IMG/VR virus record: IMGVR_UViG_3300044807_000022
Coordinates: 1 to 64,000 of that record
Length of the DNA stretch: 64,000 nucleotides
Strand: one strand, 5' to 3'
From: a virus
Notes under the pieces: model-generated
Databases searched by the model: none
Seen by the model: the letters and a program-made list of their open reading frames with translations, nothing else
What the model was told of the DNA's origin: nothing
Shown here: positions 1 to 8,633 of the stretch, one piece after another
Numbering within the stretch: the stretch's first letter is position 1
Layout of the letters: each line of letters starts with the position of its first letter
Translations under genes and position numbers: made by a program

Positions 1-230
1 CGAGTCGTTCGAGTTCGGCTCGCAGGAGCCGTTCCGCAACCAGCACGCGATCACGGGGCACTCCTCCGTGGCCGGGGCCATCGCCAGCGGGTCGGGAGCA
101 CGCCAGCCCGCATAGGGGGCCGACGTGCAGTAGGTTTCCCGCGCCGCACAAACGGCAAGATGGGAAGGGGGGGCCGGGAGAACCCCGGCCCCTCGTCGTT
201 CTACACACACTCAAGGGGAGGACTGCCATC

Positions 231-749
231 GTGGCATCCGTCGAAGAAGTCTCCGAAATCCAGCAAGACCTGACCGCGCTCCGCGACGACCTCGCGGAAC
301 TCGCGCACGACGCCAAGGACGCCCTGCTCGACAGGGTGGACCAACTCATCGAGAAGACGGCCCTGCTCGTCGGCGGCGAGGCGGGCTCAGCCACCAGCCC
401 GGCGAAGCAGTTCGAGCCGCGCTCACCCGAGGAGGGTGGCCCCATCGGCGCGGCTGTGCCGTCCGCAGGCGACCCGCCCGCCGACGAGCCGCCCGCGCCG
501 GACGAGGACGCGGAGGTCGAGACACCGGCCGACGCACCTGACCCCTCGGACCCGGCCGTGGACGCCCCGGCTGACACGGCCGCCTCACCGGCCACGCCGC
601 CCCAGGACGTGCCGCCGGTCGAGCCGCCCGCGCCTCCCGTCGAGCCGCCCGCGCCACCGCCGGTCGAGCAGCCGCCGGTCGAGCCGCCCGCGCCCGGTGG
701 CACGCCCGGCGAGAGCCCCGCGCCTGCGGGGTCGTCCGGCGGGGAGTAG
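231..749 (+). CDS. Pro/Glu-rich low-complexity protein with N-terminal coiled coil
   Basis: GGAGGA RBS before GTG; repeated PPVEPPA units. Confidence 0.75.
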   Translation: MASVEEVSEIQQDLTALRDDLAELAHDAKDALLDRVDQLIEKTALLVGGEAGSATSPAKQFEPRSPEEGGPIGAAVPSAGDPPADEPPAPDEDAEVETPADAPDPSDPAVDAPADTAASPATPPQDVPPVEPPAPPVEPPAPPPVEQPPVEPPAPGGTPGESPAPAGSSGGE

Positions 750-783
750 CATCCGGAGGCAGCAGCCTCCTCTGCCGACCAAT

Positions 784-818
784 GCGACCCCCGGTTCCCT
801 GCTTGGACCGGGGGTCGC
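784..818 (+). terminator. GC-rich hairpin, putative terminator
   Basis: GCGACCCCCGGT...ACCGGGGGTCGC inverted repeat after the stop codon. Confidence 0.6.
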
Positions 819-832
819 GGTCGTTCTGATTG

Positions 833-855
833 CCGTCCGGACTTCGACGTATCGT
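833..855 (+). promoter_or_regulatory. Class I promoter CCGTCCG-N10-TATCGT
   Basis: Same motif and spacing recurs at 2963, 3341, 5575, 40868, 54106. Confidence 0.6.
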
Positions 856-887
856 CCGCCGCCGCGAACCATCAACCGGAGGCTGGC

Positions 888-1220
888 ATGGAACAGGGAT
901 CATCGGCGGCAGTGCTGGACGACCCGAGCAAGGGTGGGTCCACCATCCAGGCGGCACGCGAGCATGAGGAGCGCGCGCTGACCGATACCGGCGGCTACGG
1001 GAAGTACCCGGACGGCCCGCCGATGACCAAGCTCGGAGACGACGAGCCGTGGTTCTTCCTCCGCGCCCAGGACGAGCGCGCCCCGATGGCCGTCGATCAC
1101 TACGCGGGCCTGCTCGACAAGGTGGGCGACCACAAGGGCGCGGCCGAGGTCCGGCAGATCGTGCAGGCCATGTACGAGTGGCAGGTGGCGAACCCGCACC
1201 TGGTGAAACACCCGGACTGA
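888..1220 (+). CDS. Hypothetical phage protein (DEPxFxLRAQD motif)
   Basis: GGAGG RBS; coding-like codon usage. Confidence 0.75.
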   Translation: MEQGSSAAVLDDPSKGGSTIQAAREHEERALTDTGGYGKYPDGPPMTKLGDDEPWFFLRAQDERAPMAVDHYAGLLDKVGDHKGAAEVRQIVQAMYEWQVANPHLVKHPD

Positions 1221-1296
1221 CCGGGAAAAACCTGGTGGGCATGTGGCGGCCTCGTCGTGTAGCCTGCCGCCCACAAGCAATCACTGGAGGCTGGCT

Positions 1297-1605
1297 GTGG
1301 AAGCATCAGGTGCAGGTGGAGGTACACCAGCGGCGTCGTCGTCACCAGCGGCGCAGTACGCCGTGTTCAAGGTGGTCGATCACGAAGGCGCGAAGGCGTG
1401 GCTCCCCGTGGGCGTCGAGGAGACCGGCGACCGCAAGGGCGAGCCCAAGGGCTACCCCGGCAAGACCCGGCGCGAGGCCATCAAGGCGGCCATCGGTGCC
1501 GGTGACGCCGAACTCGGCGGCGGTCCGTACTACGCCGTGCCGGTGAGCAAGATCGGTCCGTCCGAGGACCCCAAGCCACCGCCGCAGCCCGCCGTCGCCT
1601 GGTAG
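1297..1605 (+). CDS. Hypothetical protein
   Basis: GGAGG RBS before GTG 1297, in frame with ORF 1243..1605. Confidence 0.7.
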   Translation: MEASGAGGGTPAASSSPAAQYAVFKVVDHEGAKAWLPVGVEETGDRKGEPKGYPGKTRREAIKAAIGAGDAELGGGPYYAVPVSKIGPSEDPKPPPQPAVAW

Positions 1606-1799
1606 GACCATCTTCAGCCGCGCCGGGGGGCGCGGGTGAGGCGAGCGGCCAGGCCCCGGCTCCGTCCGGGGCCTGTGCTGTTCTAGGGGGGCGTTTGCTC
1701 GCGTGCCGCGCGCGGGGAGTTCGGGTCAAGGCGAAAGCTGCCCGGCTCCCCGCAGCGGGGTACACTGGAGAGGTTCACTAGCTAGAGGAGGCAGTGCGC

Positions 1800-2201
1800 A
1801 TGAATGAGGCTCAACAGGCAGTGCTCGGTCGGATCGCGGGCGGTGCCGAGACCCTGATCCTGCTGACCGAGGGCCGTCTGCTGGAGGCCCAGGAGGCACT
1901 GGACGCCGGGAAGTTCGGCACGGCGCTGACCCGCCTTGACGAGGCGCGCGCGAAGCTCGCCCCGCTCGTCAGTGCGGCCCACTCCATGAACTTCGAGGAG
2001 GGCACGCGGATCATCCGCGCCCGGCACCTTCAGGAGGGCATGGTGATGCTCAACCTCGGCAAGGTCGAGGACGTGCAGGTCGAGACGGAGGACCACGGCC
2101 ACGAAGAACCGTGCGTCAACGTCACCATCAAGGTCGAGTCGGCGGATCGGCCGCAGTCGCTCTCGGGTGACCAGGAAGTCCTGATTCGCGTCGAGGGATA
2201 G
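1800..2201 (+). CDS. Hypothetical protein, helical N-terminus with KOW/SH3-like C-terminus
   Basis: GAGGAGG RBS; ARHLQEGMVM pattern. Confidence 0.65.
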   Translation: MNEAQQAVLGRIAGGAETLILLTEGRLLEAQEALDAGKFGTALTRLDEARAKLAPLVSAAHSMNFEEGTRIIRARHLQEGMVMLNLGKVEDVQVETEDHGHEEPCVNVTIKVESADRPQSLSGDQEVLIRVEG

Positions 2202-2545
2202 TGCCCTCGCTCGACGCCGCCAACGTGCGGCGACCGTTCAGGCGGGAGGTTGGCGGCTTCGTGATGGACCCCGAGGAGGCGCGCCGCCATCCGGCCGCCT
2301 GCCCCGACCGCGTGATGGAGCGCATGCGCACCGCCGCGCTCAAGCTGGGGCTCTCGGTCCAGGTGGGTGCCCGCAAGCCCGCCACGCGCCTCGGGGGCCG
2401 CCCGCAGGACGGGACCTGGGAGCGCTACGTCGTGGTCAAGGACGAGCGCCTTCCCGAGCACCTGCAAGAGCAGACCACCGTCCTCGCGCACTCGGAGACC
2501 TGGGAAGATGCTGCCCGACGCCTCGCCCTCTGGCCTTCTCGCTGA
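2201..2545 (+). CDS. Hypothetical protein
   Basis: TAGTG overlap with the upstream gene. Confidence 0.65.
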   Translation: MPSLDAANVRRPFRREVGGFVMDPEEARRHPAACPDRVMERMRTAALKLGLSVQVGARKPATRLGGRPQDGTWERYVVVKDERLPEHLQEQTTVLAHSETWEDAARRLALWPSR

Positions 2546-2951
2546 CGAGGGGTTCCGCGAGCGGCTGCGCGAGCAGGCCGTGGACCCCGACAAGGCCGTC
2601 CGCTACAAGGGGCGCATCCGGCAGGTGCTCGAAGCCAAGGCCGCCGACGCGCGCCGCCAGGGCATGACGGTGGACTTCGTGCAGGCGTACCAGCACGGCA
2701 AGCTGATCCGGCTGATCCTCGTCCTCGACCCCTCGATGCCCGAGCACCTGCAACGGCAGGCCGTCGTCGCCCCCGGCACGCTGACGTGGGACCAGGCGCT
2801 CACGAACGCGGGACTGCTGAGCGGCGGACGCCAGCGGGCCACACCACCGACCGCCTACGTCGAGTGCCCGCAGTGTCGGGAGTTCGGCGTCGATACCTGG
2901 TGCCCGATGTGCAAGGGCAGGGGCCTCGTTCCAAGTTCTGACGACAGTTAG
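2508..2951 (+). CDS. Hypothetical protein with C-terminal Zn finger
   Basis: CPQC...CPMCKGRG; start uncertain. Confidence 0.65.
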   Translation: MLPDASPSGLLADEGFRERLREQAVDPDKAVRYKGRIRQVLEAKAADARRQGMTVDFVQAYQHGKLIRLILVLDPSMPEHLQRQAVVAPGTLTWDQALTNAGLLSGGRQRATPPTAYVECPQCREFGVDTWCPMCKGRGLVPSSDDS

Positions 2952-3012
2952 ACTTTCGTAAGCCGTCCGAGAGCGGCGTCAAAGTCCGCCCCCGACGAAT
3001 GGGGGTGCAACC

Positions 3013-3339
3013 ATGGGCGTGCCTCGACTGACGGATCACGCGGTCGAGAGGTACCAGGAACGGCTACAGCGGCCGATGAGCTTCAAGCAGGCCAAGGTGG
3101 AACTGATCTGCCTGCTCCCGTTCGGGGAGTTCTCTGAGGAGCCGCCCGAGTGGCTGCCGTTCAGGGGCCGCAACGTGTCGGGCTACTGGCTGCTGGGCGA
3201 CGTGTGCCTGGTCCTCTGCTCGAAGCGCGTGGCCGTGACCTGCATCACCCGTGGCGAGCTACCGCGCCGCATCCGCACGCGGCGCAACCGCGCGCGGCGC
3301 AGTCGGCGCTACCGGCTGGCGAAGACGCGGGGCTGTTGA
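3013..3339 (+). CDS. Small protein with LTDHAxxRYxER motif (RelE/BrnT/DUF4258-like fold candidate)
   Basis: N-terminal T-x-HA-x-x-R motif; Arg-rich tail. Confidence 0.5.
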   Translation: MGVPRLTDHAVERYQERLQRPMSFKQAKVELICLLPFGEFSEEPPEWLPFRGRNVSGYWLLGDVCLVLCSKRVAVTCITRGELPRRIRTRRNRARRSRRYRLAKTRGC

Positions 3340-3370
3340 TCCGTCCGGGGGTCGCTGGTACCCTCGCGGC

Positions 3371-3580
3371 ACACGACTGGCGTGAGACCCCTTCGTGTTG
3401 AGGCGGCTGCTGTCCCAAGGACGGGCGGGCCGCCTCGTTACTTTCCGCGCAAAGTGCGGAGTCAATATCACGGGCGCGAGTGGACCGCAATCCCCGGATC
3501 GGGGTAGGCTCGAAAGTGCTGGAGCCCCGGTGGCCCCACCGCCTCCCTCCCCGGAGCGAGGGCCTGCCGGGGCTCCACAG
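3371..3580 (+). ncRNA. Candidate structured non-coding RNA
   Basis: Five consecutive hairpins in a ~290-nt intergenic gap; class I promoter with TACCCT -10 at 3359-3364. Confidence 0.45.
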
Positions 3581-3632
3581 GCCATGATAGCCTCGCCGCG
3601 TCGGCTGGCTTACGGAGGGGTGAACGGGTTCA

Positions 3633-4040
3633 ATGGGGGATGGGATGGTCCACGTGATTCCTCGATCCGAGGGCATCACAGTCATCGGCGCGCCGAGGCA
3701 CTACCTGGTGCTCGGACCCAAGAAGGCCGACCACCCGACCATCGGCGCGATCTGCCTCGCTTGCGGCCAGATGTTCGAGGAGGGCCAGTACACCACCATG
3801 ATCGCGCTCGGCCCCGGCACCGACCCGCAGGCCAAGCTCGCGTGCCTCGCCGGGAAGACGTATCCGGCCCAGGGCCTCGAACTCCACTACACCTGCGTCA
3901 CCGGCATGCTGCCCGAGGACGCCGAGAAGCCCAAGCCCGCGCCGACGAGCGACGGCAGCACGCCGGTCATCCTGCCGGGCCAGACCACCCTGGAGGACTT
4001 GGGCGAGGACGGCGACCTGTTCGACAGGTTCCGGCCGTGA
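3633..4040 (+). CDS. Hypothetical Zn-binding protein
   Basis: CLAC...HYTC. Confidence 0.65.
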   Translation: MGDGMVHVIPRSEGITVIGAPRHYLVLGPKKADHPTIGAICLACGQMFEEGQYTTMIALGPGTDPQAKLACLAGKTYPAQGLELHYTCVTGMLPEDAEKPKPAPTSDGSTPVILPGQTTLEDLGEDGDLFDRFRP

Positions 4041-4450
4041 GCGCCGCAGAGAGGGCGGCGGCGGCGCAGGAGCGCATTGGCGAGCAACTGGAGGCGCTGC
4101 TGGCGGTCCAGACGCGCCGCGAGAGGCGCGAGGCCCTGGACCGCCAGGCCGAGGCCGACCGCGTGGGGAGTCGCAGCCAGCCGCGCCGCATCGGCATCGA
4201 CCTGGCCCTCCAGCGCTTCCCCGGCCTCGCGGGCGAGTTCCGGCGGATCGTACCGCCCGAGTTCTGGACCAAGGCGGGCTCCTCCGCTGCCGCCGTCGCG
4301 TGCCCGTGCGGTGTCGAGGAGCCGCCGACCGTGACGCTGAACCAGACCGTGACGTGCGTGTGCGACCGTGCCTACCTCTACACCGGGGAGCACGTGAGGG
4401 TCGCGTTCTCCCCGCCCTCGGTCGCCGCCGACGCCGCCGAGAAGTCCTGA
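4037..4450 (+). CDS. Hypothetical Zn-ribbon protein
   Basis: GTGA overlap; CPC...CVC. Confidence 0.65.
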   Translation: MSAAERAAAAQERIGEQLEALLAVQTRRERREALDRQAEADRVGSRSQPRRIGIDLALQRFPGLAGEFRRIVPPEFWTKAGSSAAAVACPCGVEEPPTVTLNQTVTCVCDRAYLYTGEHVRVAFSPPSVAADAAEKS

Positions 4451-4476
4451 CGGGCGTCGAGCGAACCCGCCGCAGA

Positions 4477-4487
4477 TTCGTAGATTA
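4477..4487 (+). promoter_or_regulatory. Class II (late) promoter motif TTCGTAGATTA
   Basis: Repeated ahead of lysis, portal, head and tail genes. Confidence 0.65.
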
Positions 4488-4524
4488 GGGAGAGGCGGCC
4501 AACCGCCACCAGCTACGAACGTGC

Positions 4525-4875
4525 ATGCCACCTACCCGACGCCGACGCCGCCCCCCGCCACGCGAGAAGGGCGAGAGCTTTCCGACCTTCCTCAAGGTCC
4601 TCGTTCCGCTGTTCATCATGGGGCTCGCGGTGTTCCAGTCGGTCTCGAACAACGGTCATGTCGATAACAACGTCATCGGAGCGCTCGTCTTCATCGCCCT
4701 CGGAGGCGCTGTCGGCTACGTCGCTGACCGCTTCATCCAGGCTTGGCTTGGCATTGGACAGTCCACTACCATGCCCGTCACCGCCGCTGACGACGAGGAA
4801 GACCGTCGTCTCGCTGCCGGGGAGGATGACCCGCGTCGGGTGCGCCGCAAGCGGAAGCAGCACCGTGACGCTTAG
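4525..4875 (+). CDS. Putative holin (two TM helices, charged C-tail)
   Basis: Two hydrophobic segments; near the endolysin. Confidence 0.55.
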   Translation: MPPTRRRRRPPPREKGESFPTFLKVLVPLFIMGLAVFQSVSNNGHVDNNVIGALVFIALGGAVGYVADRFIQAWLGIGQSTTMPVTAADDEEDRRLAAGEDDPRRVRRKRKQHRDA

Positions 4876-4941
4876 GCTCGCCGCATACGTCCACACGCGC
4901 CTGGGCAGCACCACCCTGGGCGCTTGCCTCGGAGGGATCGC

Positions 4942-5565
4942 ATGGCTGATCCACTAGTCCGTCGCGCGAAGAAGTGGACCTACCTCACGTGGTGCGACCT
5001 GCGCAACCACCCGCTGATGCTCGTCGGCGCGCTGATAGGTGCCATCGCGTTCGCGGTCTACTTCGTCCAGCAGAGCGACACGAACAAGCGCATCGGCACC
5101 GTGGAGACGGTCATCAAGGTCCCGCGCCGCTGTCAGGCGCTCAAGTACCCGGATGCGCCGCACACCATCATCCTGATCTGCAACCCGGCCACCAAGCGCG
5201 AGATAGCGACGGCGAAGCGACACGCTCGCCAGGGCGCTCGGGAGGCTGCGGGGAACGTTCGCGCCCGCGCCCGGCGGAAGGCCGCTCGAACGCGGGGCCA
5301 GAACGGGGGGCCACTCCCAGGGGGCCGATCCGGAAGTCGTAACGGCAGTCAGGGGGTCGCGCCATCGCCTTCTCACCAACCACAGCCGCCTTCAAGGCCG
5401 CCGTCCGGGGGTGGTTCCTCATCGCCCCCGTCTTCGCCGCCCGCCCGAGCCGCACCGTCGCCCGGCCTGACCACGCCGCCGCTCGGGCCGATCCCTTCGC
5501 TGACCGTGCCGTTACCGAGCCCGTCGCTGCCACCACTGCCTCGCGCCGGGCAGTTGACGGGGTAG
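4942..5565 (+). CDS. Single-TM membrane protein with basic and Pro/Ser-rich tail (possible lysis accessory)
   Basis: GGAGG RBS; TM segment LMLVGALIGAIAFAVYFV. Confidence 0.6.
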   Translation: MADPLVRRAKKWTYLTWCDLRNHPLMLVGALIGAIAFAVYFVQQSDTNKRIGTVETVIKVPRRCQALKYPDAPHTIILICNPATKREIATAKRHARQGAREAAGNVRARARRKAARTRGQNGGPLPGGRSGSRNGSQGVAPSPSHQPQPPSRPPSGGGSSSPPSSPPARAAPSPGLTTPPLGPIPSLTVPLPSPSLPPLPRAGQLTG

Positions 5566-5613
5566 TAGGACAAGGCGTCCGGTGCCATGTCTACCCTGCG
5601 CAAGCAGAGAGGC

Positions 5614-5895
5614 ATGGCACCTTCAACCTTCCCCACCAAGGCCGAGACGTGGGCCGCGCTGAAGCTGGTAGGCCGGGTCCTGGACCGCGAGGTCTGCTAC
5701 CTGGTCGGCTCGACGCACCACTACTGCCTGGGTGAGGAGGGGACAATCTCGCTAACTCCGGATTCCGGTCACAGGTTCCGGGTGGAGCGCTGGCGCGATG
5801 GAAAAGTGACGTGTACGCTCTGGGCGCTCACCGAGGACCCGGCCCGGCTGGCTGACGTGGCCCTCGCGCTGAGCGGAGTGGAAGTGGCGGCCTAG
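5614..5895 (+). CDS. Hypothetical protein
   Basis: GAGG RBS; follows class I promoter 5575-5597. Confidence 0.65.
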   Translation: MAPSTFPTKAETWAALKLVGRVLDREVCYLVGSTHHYCLGEEGTISLTPDSGHRFRVERWRDGKVTCTLWALTEDPARLADVALALSGVEVAA

Positions 5896-5937
5896 CCGCC
5901 TGCAACGCAGCACCACATACACCTTGGGGGTGGACGA

Positions 5938-6981
5938 ATGCCTGCATCACCGAGAGCCCGGTTGCTCTCAATCCTTTCCGCAGTCGTAGCCGTTCTCGTT
6001 GCGCTCGTCGCGGCGCTCGGAGGCGGTGATGGCACTGCCACGGTGACGGTGCCCTCGAAGAACGGCCCCGCCGTCGTCGTGCCGGTGAAGGACCTGAGCA
6101 TCGTCCAGGACACCGAGGCCGGACACCACGCCGACGACAACCTGCGCAGCGAGAAGATGGTCACCCCGCAGGACCGCAAGGCGAACGCCGAGAAGGCGAG
6201 TCCGCTCACGCCACGGGTCTCCGGGCCGCCGCCGCTCGCGTCACCGCAGCAGGCCGGATGCCTGACCCGCCAGATACCGCACAACTTCTCGAACCGGAAC
6301 GGCACTAGGCCGCTCCTGATCGTCCTGCACTACACGGTCTCGCGCAACGTCGTCGGCTGGGGCGACGTGAACTCGATCTTCGCGTTCTTCAGCCAGGGCT
6401 CGACGCAGGCGTCCTCGAACTACGTCAACGACAACGAGGGCCACTGCATCTACATGGTGCCCGAGACCCAGAAGGCGTGGGCGCAGGCGGGCTTCAACTC
6501 GTACACGGCATGCTCGTTTGAGGTCATCAACACCGGCTCCGAGGCGACCTACGTCGGTTCGTTCGGCGGCGCTGGCGAGAGGGCGCTGGCTCGCGAGGTT
6601 CACGACTGCGCCGTCCGCTGGCACATACCGATCCGGCAGGGCCATACGAGCGGCTGCCAGGTCACCACGTCCGGCATCGTGGACCACCACTCGCTCGGCT
6701 CCTGCGGTGGCGGTCACTTCGACATTGGGCACTTCAGCGTGCCCCGGATCATCCAGGCCGCGCAGCAGGGCTCGGCTCCGGTCGTACTGCCCAAGGCCAA
6801 GGCGCAGGCGCTCTGCAACCTGCTCGTCGGCTACCGGCTCCGGAGGCTGGCTCACGTGCCGCTGGTGAAGGGCGAGAAGTCGGTCTACAAGCGTCGGACC
6901 AAGCGCATCAGGGCCGGGGGCTACTCCTGCTTCAGGCAGGGCAAGAGCCCGGTCGGCCTCATCAAGCGGCGCGGCGCGTAG
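5938..6981 (+). CDS. Endolysin, N-acetylmuramoyl-L-alanine amidase (Amidase_2-like) with N-terminal signal/anchor
   Basis: IVLHYT, ASSNYV, V-PE-xKAW, FEVI and HH...HFD amidase motifs. Confidence 0.88.
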   Translation: MPASPRARLLSILSAVVAVLVALVAALGGGDGTATVTVPSKNGPAVVVPVKDLSIVQDTEAGHHADDNLRSEKMVTPQDRKANAEKASPLTPRVSGPPPLASPQQAGCLTRQIPHNFSNRNGTRPLLIVLHYTVSRNVVGWGDVNSIFAFFSQGSTQASSNYVNDNEGHCIYMVPETQKAWAQAGFNSYTACSFEVINTGSEATYVGSFGGAGERALAREVHDCAVRWHIPIRQGHTSGCQVTTSGIVDHHSLGSCGGGHFDIGHFSVPRIIQAAQQGSAPVVLPKAKAQALCNLLVGYRLRRLAHVPLVKGEKSVYKRRTKRIRAGGYSCFRQGKSPVGLIKRRGA

Positions 6982-6990
6982 CAGCACCAC

Positions 6991-7377
6991 GTGTCCGCCG
7001 TCAAAGCACGGTGGCACGTCGATCTTGACCAACTCGGCGCGGGGGTCCCTGACCTCTGGGCCGAGGAGGTCGAGGCGACGGGCCTGCCGATAGACCTCAC
7101 GACGACCGTCGCACGGCTCACCGACGAGCTACTGAAGACGGGCAAGAAGGAGGGGTACCTGGATAGCTGCGGGATCACCTGCGCCATCAAGGACCGCCCC
7201 GACACGTCGTGCTGGGCCTGCCCGCTGTACGCGGGCGACGTGCCGGATGACCCCCGAGGGTCGCTCTGCATCGTGGGACGTGAACAGGAGCGCATCACTA
7301 CCCGCCTGGTGGTGGCGCGCATGGAGGAAGAACAGGAGCCGCAGGGTGAAACTGAAGGTCCGGACACCGCGCCATAA
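6991..7377 (+). CDS. Cys-rich hypothetical protein
   Basis: C-x3-C...CWAC...C. Confidence 0.6.
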   Translation: MSAVKARWHVDLDQLGAGVPDLWAEEVEATGLPIDLTTTVARLTDELLKTGKKEGYLDSCGITCAIKDRPDTSCWACPLYAGDVPDDPRGSLCIVGREQERITTRLVVARMEEEQEPQGETEGPDTAP

Positions 7378-7573
7378 GCGGCAGCTAGAAGTCCACGGCT
7401 CGCAGGGCATGACGGTCGGTGAGGCTGCCGACTCTGCCGCGCGCCAGTCCTCCTATCACGTCGGCAACCACACGCTCGCCCACGACGGCGAGATACTGCG
7501 ACGGGAGTTACAGCTTTCGGAAGTGCTGAACTACGCCGACTCCAAGCCGCAGTTCGAGCTTGTCCTGCGCTGA
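7346..7573 (+). CDS. Ubiquitin-like (beta-grasp) protein, 75 aa, no C-terminal GG
   Basis: AGGAG RBS 7 nt before GTG; by-eye colinear similarity to ubiquitin, ends FELVLR. Confidence 0.55.
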   Translation: MKLKVRTPRHKRQLEVHGSQGMTVGEAADSAARQSSYHVGNHTLAHDGEILRRELQLSEVLNYADSKPQFELVLR

Positions 7574-8016
7574 TGGGCGAGAAGCCGGACCACCCCGTCC
7601 GCCAGCACCGCGTGCGGCTGACGACGCTGATCGTCCGGCCGCACCCCTCGGACTGGCTGCCGCTGAAGTACGGCAAGGTCACCGAGTTCCGCACGCATCA
7701 GGGGTTCCCTGACCGCATCTACCCGCCGTCGCCCATGGTCCTCTGGCGACGGATCGGCGGTCGGGTCGAGACGATGCTGTGGGTGGTCGAGGAGGCGTGG
7801 CGCGAGCCGCTGGGGGCGATCAGCGACGAGAGCCTGCGGCGGATCGGCTGCGCGAGCCCGAGCGAGTTCCGCGAGCGCTGGGTGGCCGCGCGGGCGACCT
7901 ACTTCGACGCGACGAAGAACGTCAACGTCTTCCGGGGGCGGCCGTACCGGGACACCGACCGCGATTCACTGGCTGACAAGCTCCTGGAGACGCTGTACGG
8001 GGCGTTCCTGCCATGA
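7573..8016 (+). CDS. ASCH/PUA-like domain protein
   Basis: L-x-x-GKxTEFR and LGAISDESLRRIG...EFRERW motifs. Confidence 0.7.
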   Translation: MGEKPDHPVRQHRVRLTTLIVRPHPSDWLPLKYGKVTEFRTHQGFPDRIYPPSPMVLWRRIGGRVETMLWVVEEAWREPLGAISDESLRRIGCASPSEFRERWVAARATYFDATKNVNVFRGRPYRDTDRDSLADKLLETLYGAFLP

Positions 8017-8633
8017 AGCGGTCTGGACCCCCACCCAGGACGAAGGGCCTCCAGGGGACGCGCATGCGCAGCGGCAGGCGCAAGGTCGAGGCGAAGACCG
8101 AGGAGGAGCGCGAGCGGGAGGCGACCGACCGGCTGAACTTCAGGATGGCCGCCGCCAGGCAGGTCGTCTGCGCCGTCTGTCGCCGTGGCGGAAGTTTCGA
8201 CTCCCATCACGTGATCGAGAAGCAGGAGCTTGAGCGGCGGGGGCTCTGGAAGTGGGACCCACGCGGCGCGCTCCGTCTGTGCAAGGGCGCGCTCGGCTGC
8301 CACGACCAGCACACGTACAAGGGCGGCGCTGACCGGGTGCCGCTGGCGAAGCTCACCACCGAGAACATCGACTACGCGTTCGAGGTCCTGGGACCCTTCG
8401 CGTACGACTACCTGAAGCGCCGCTACAGCGGTGAGGACCCGCGCGTCGAGCGCCGCCTGGCTCCTCCGTACGACGGCGAGTACGAGGCCCCGAACGGCGA
8501 CCTCATCCCGTTCTACCGCTGCGACGGCCGCCTGATCTGCTTCGACTGTTGGCAACCGTACTCCCACCACCCGTGCGACGAGCGTGAGGAGTGCCTAACC
8601 GTGCTGTGCAACGGATGGAGGGTGAAGCTGTGA
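8013..8633 (+). CDS. HNH-type endonuclease with an extra C-terminal Cys cluster
   Basis: CAVC...SHHVI...LC...CHDQH. Confidence 0.7.
   Translation: MKRSGPPPRTKGLQGTRMRSGRRKVEAKTEEEREREATDRLNFRMAAARQVVCAVCRRGGSFDSHHVIEKQELERRGLWKWDPRGALRLCKGALGCHDQHTYKGGADRVPLAKLTTENIDYAFEVLGPFAYDYLKRRYSGEDPRVERRLAPPYDGEYEAPNGDLIPFYRCDGRLICFDCWQPYSHHPCDEREECLTVLCNGWRVKL

Noticed and set aside
600-700. CCGGTCGAGCCGCCCGCG tandem repeats as an array
   Set aside because: They simply encode PPVEPPA repeats; no unique spacers
3371-3580. tRNA, tmRNA or hammerhead assignment of the structured region
   Set aside because: No T-loop GTTCRA, CCA end or CTGATGA core visible
3395-4036. 5' part of the 351-aa ORF 3395..4450
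   Set aside because: Overlaps the structured region and gene 3633..4040; the real gene likely starts at GTG 4037
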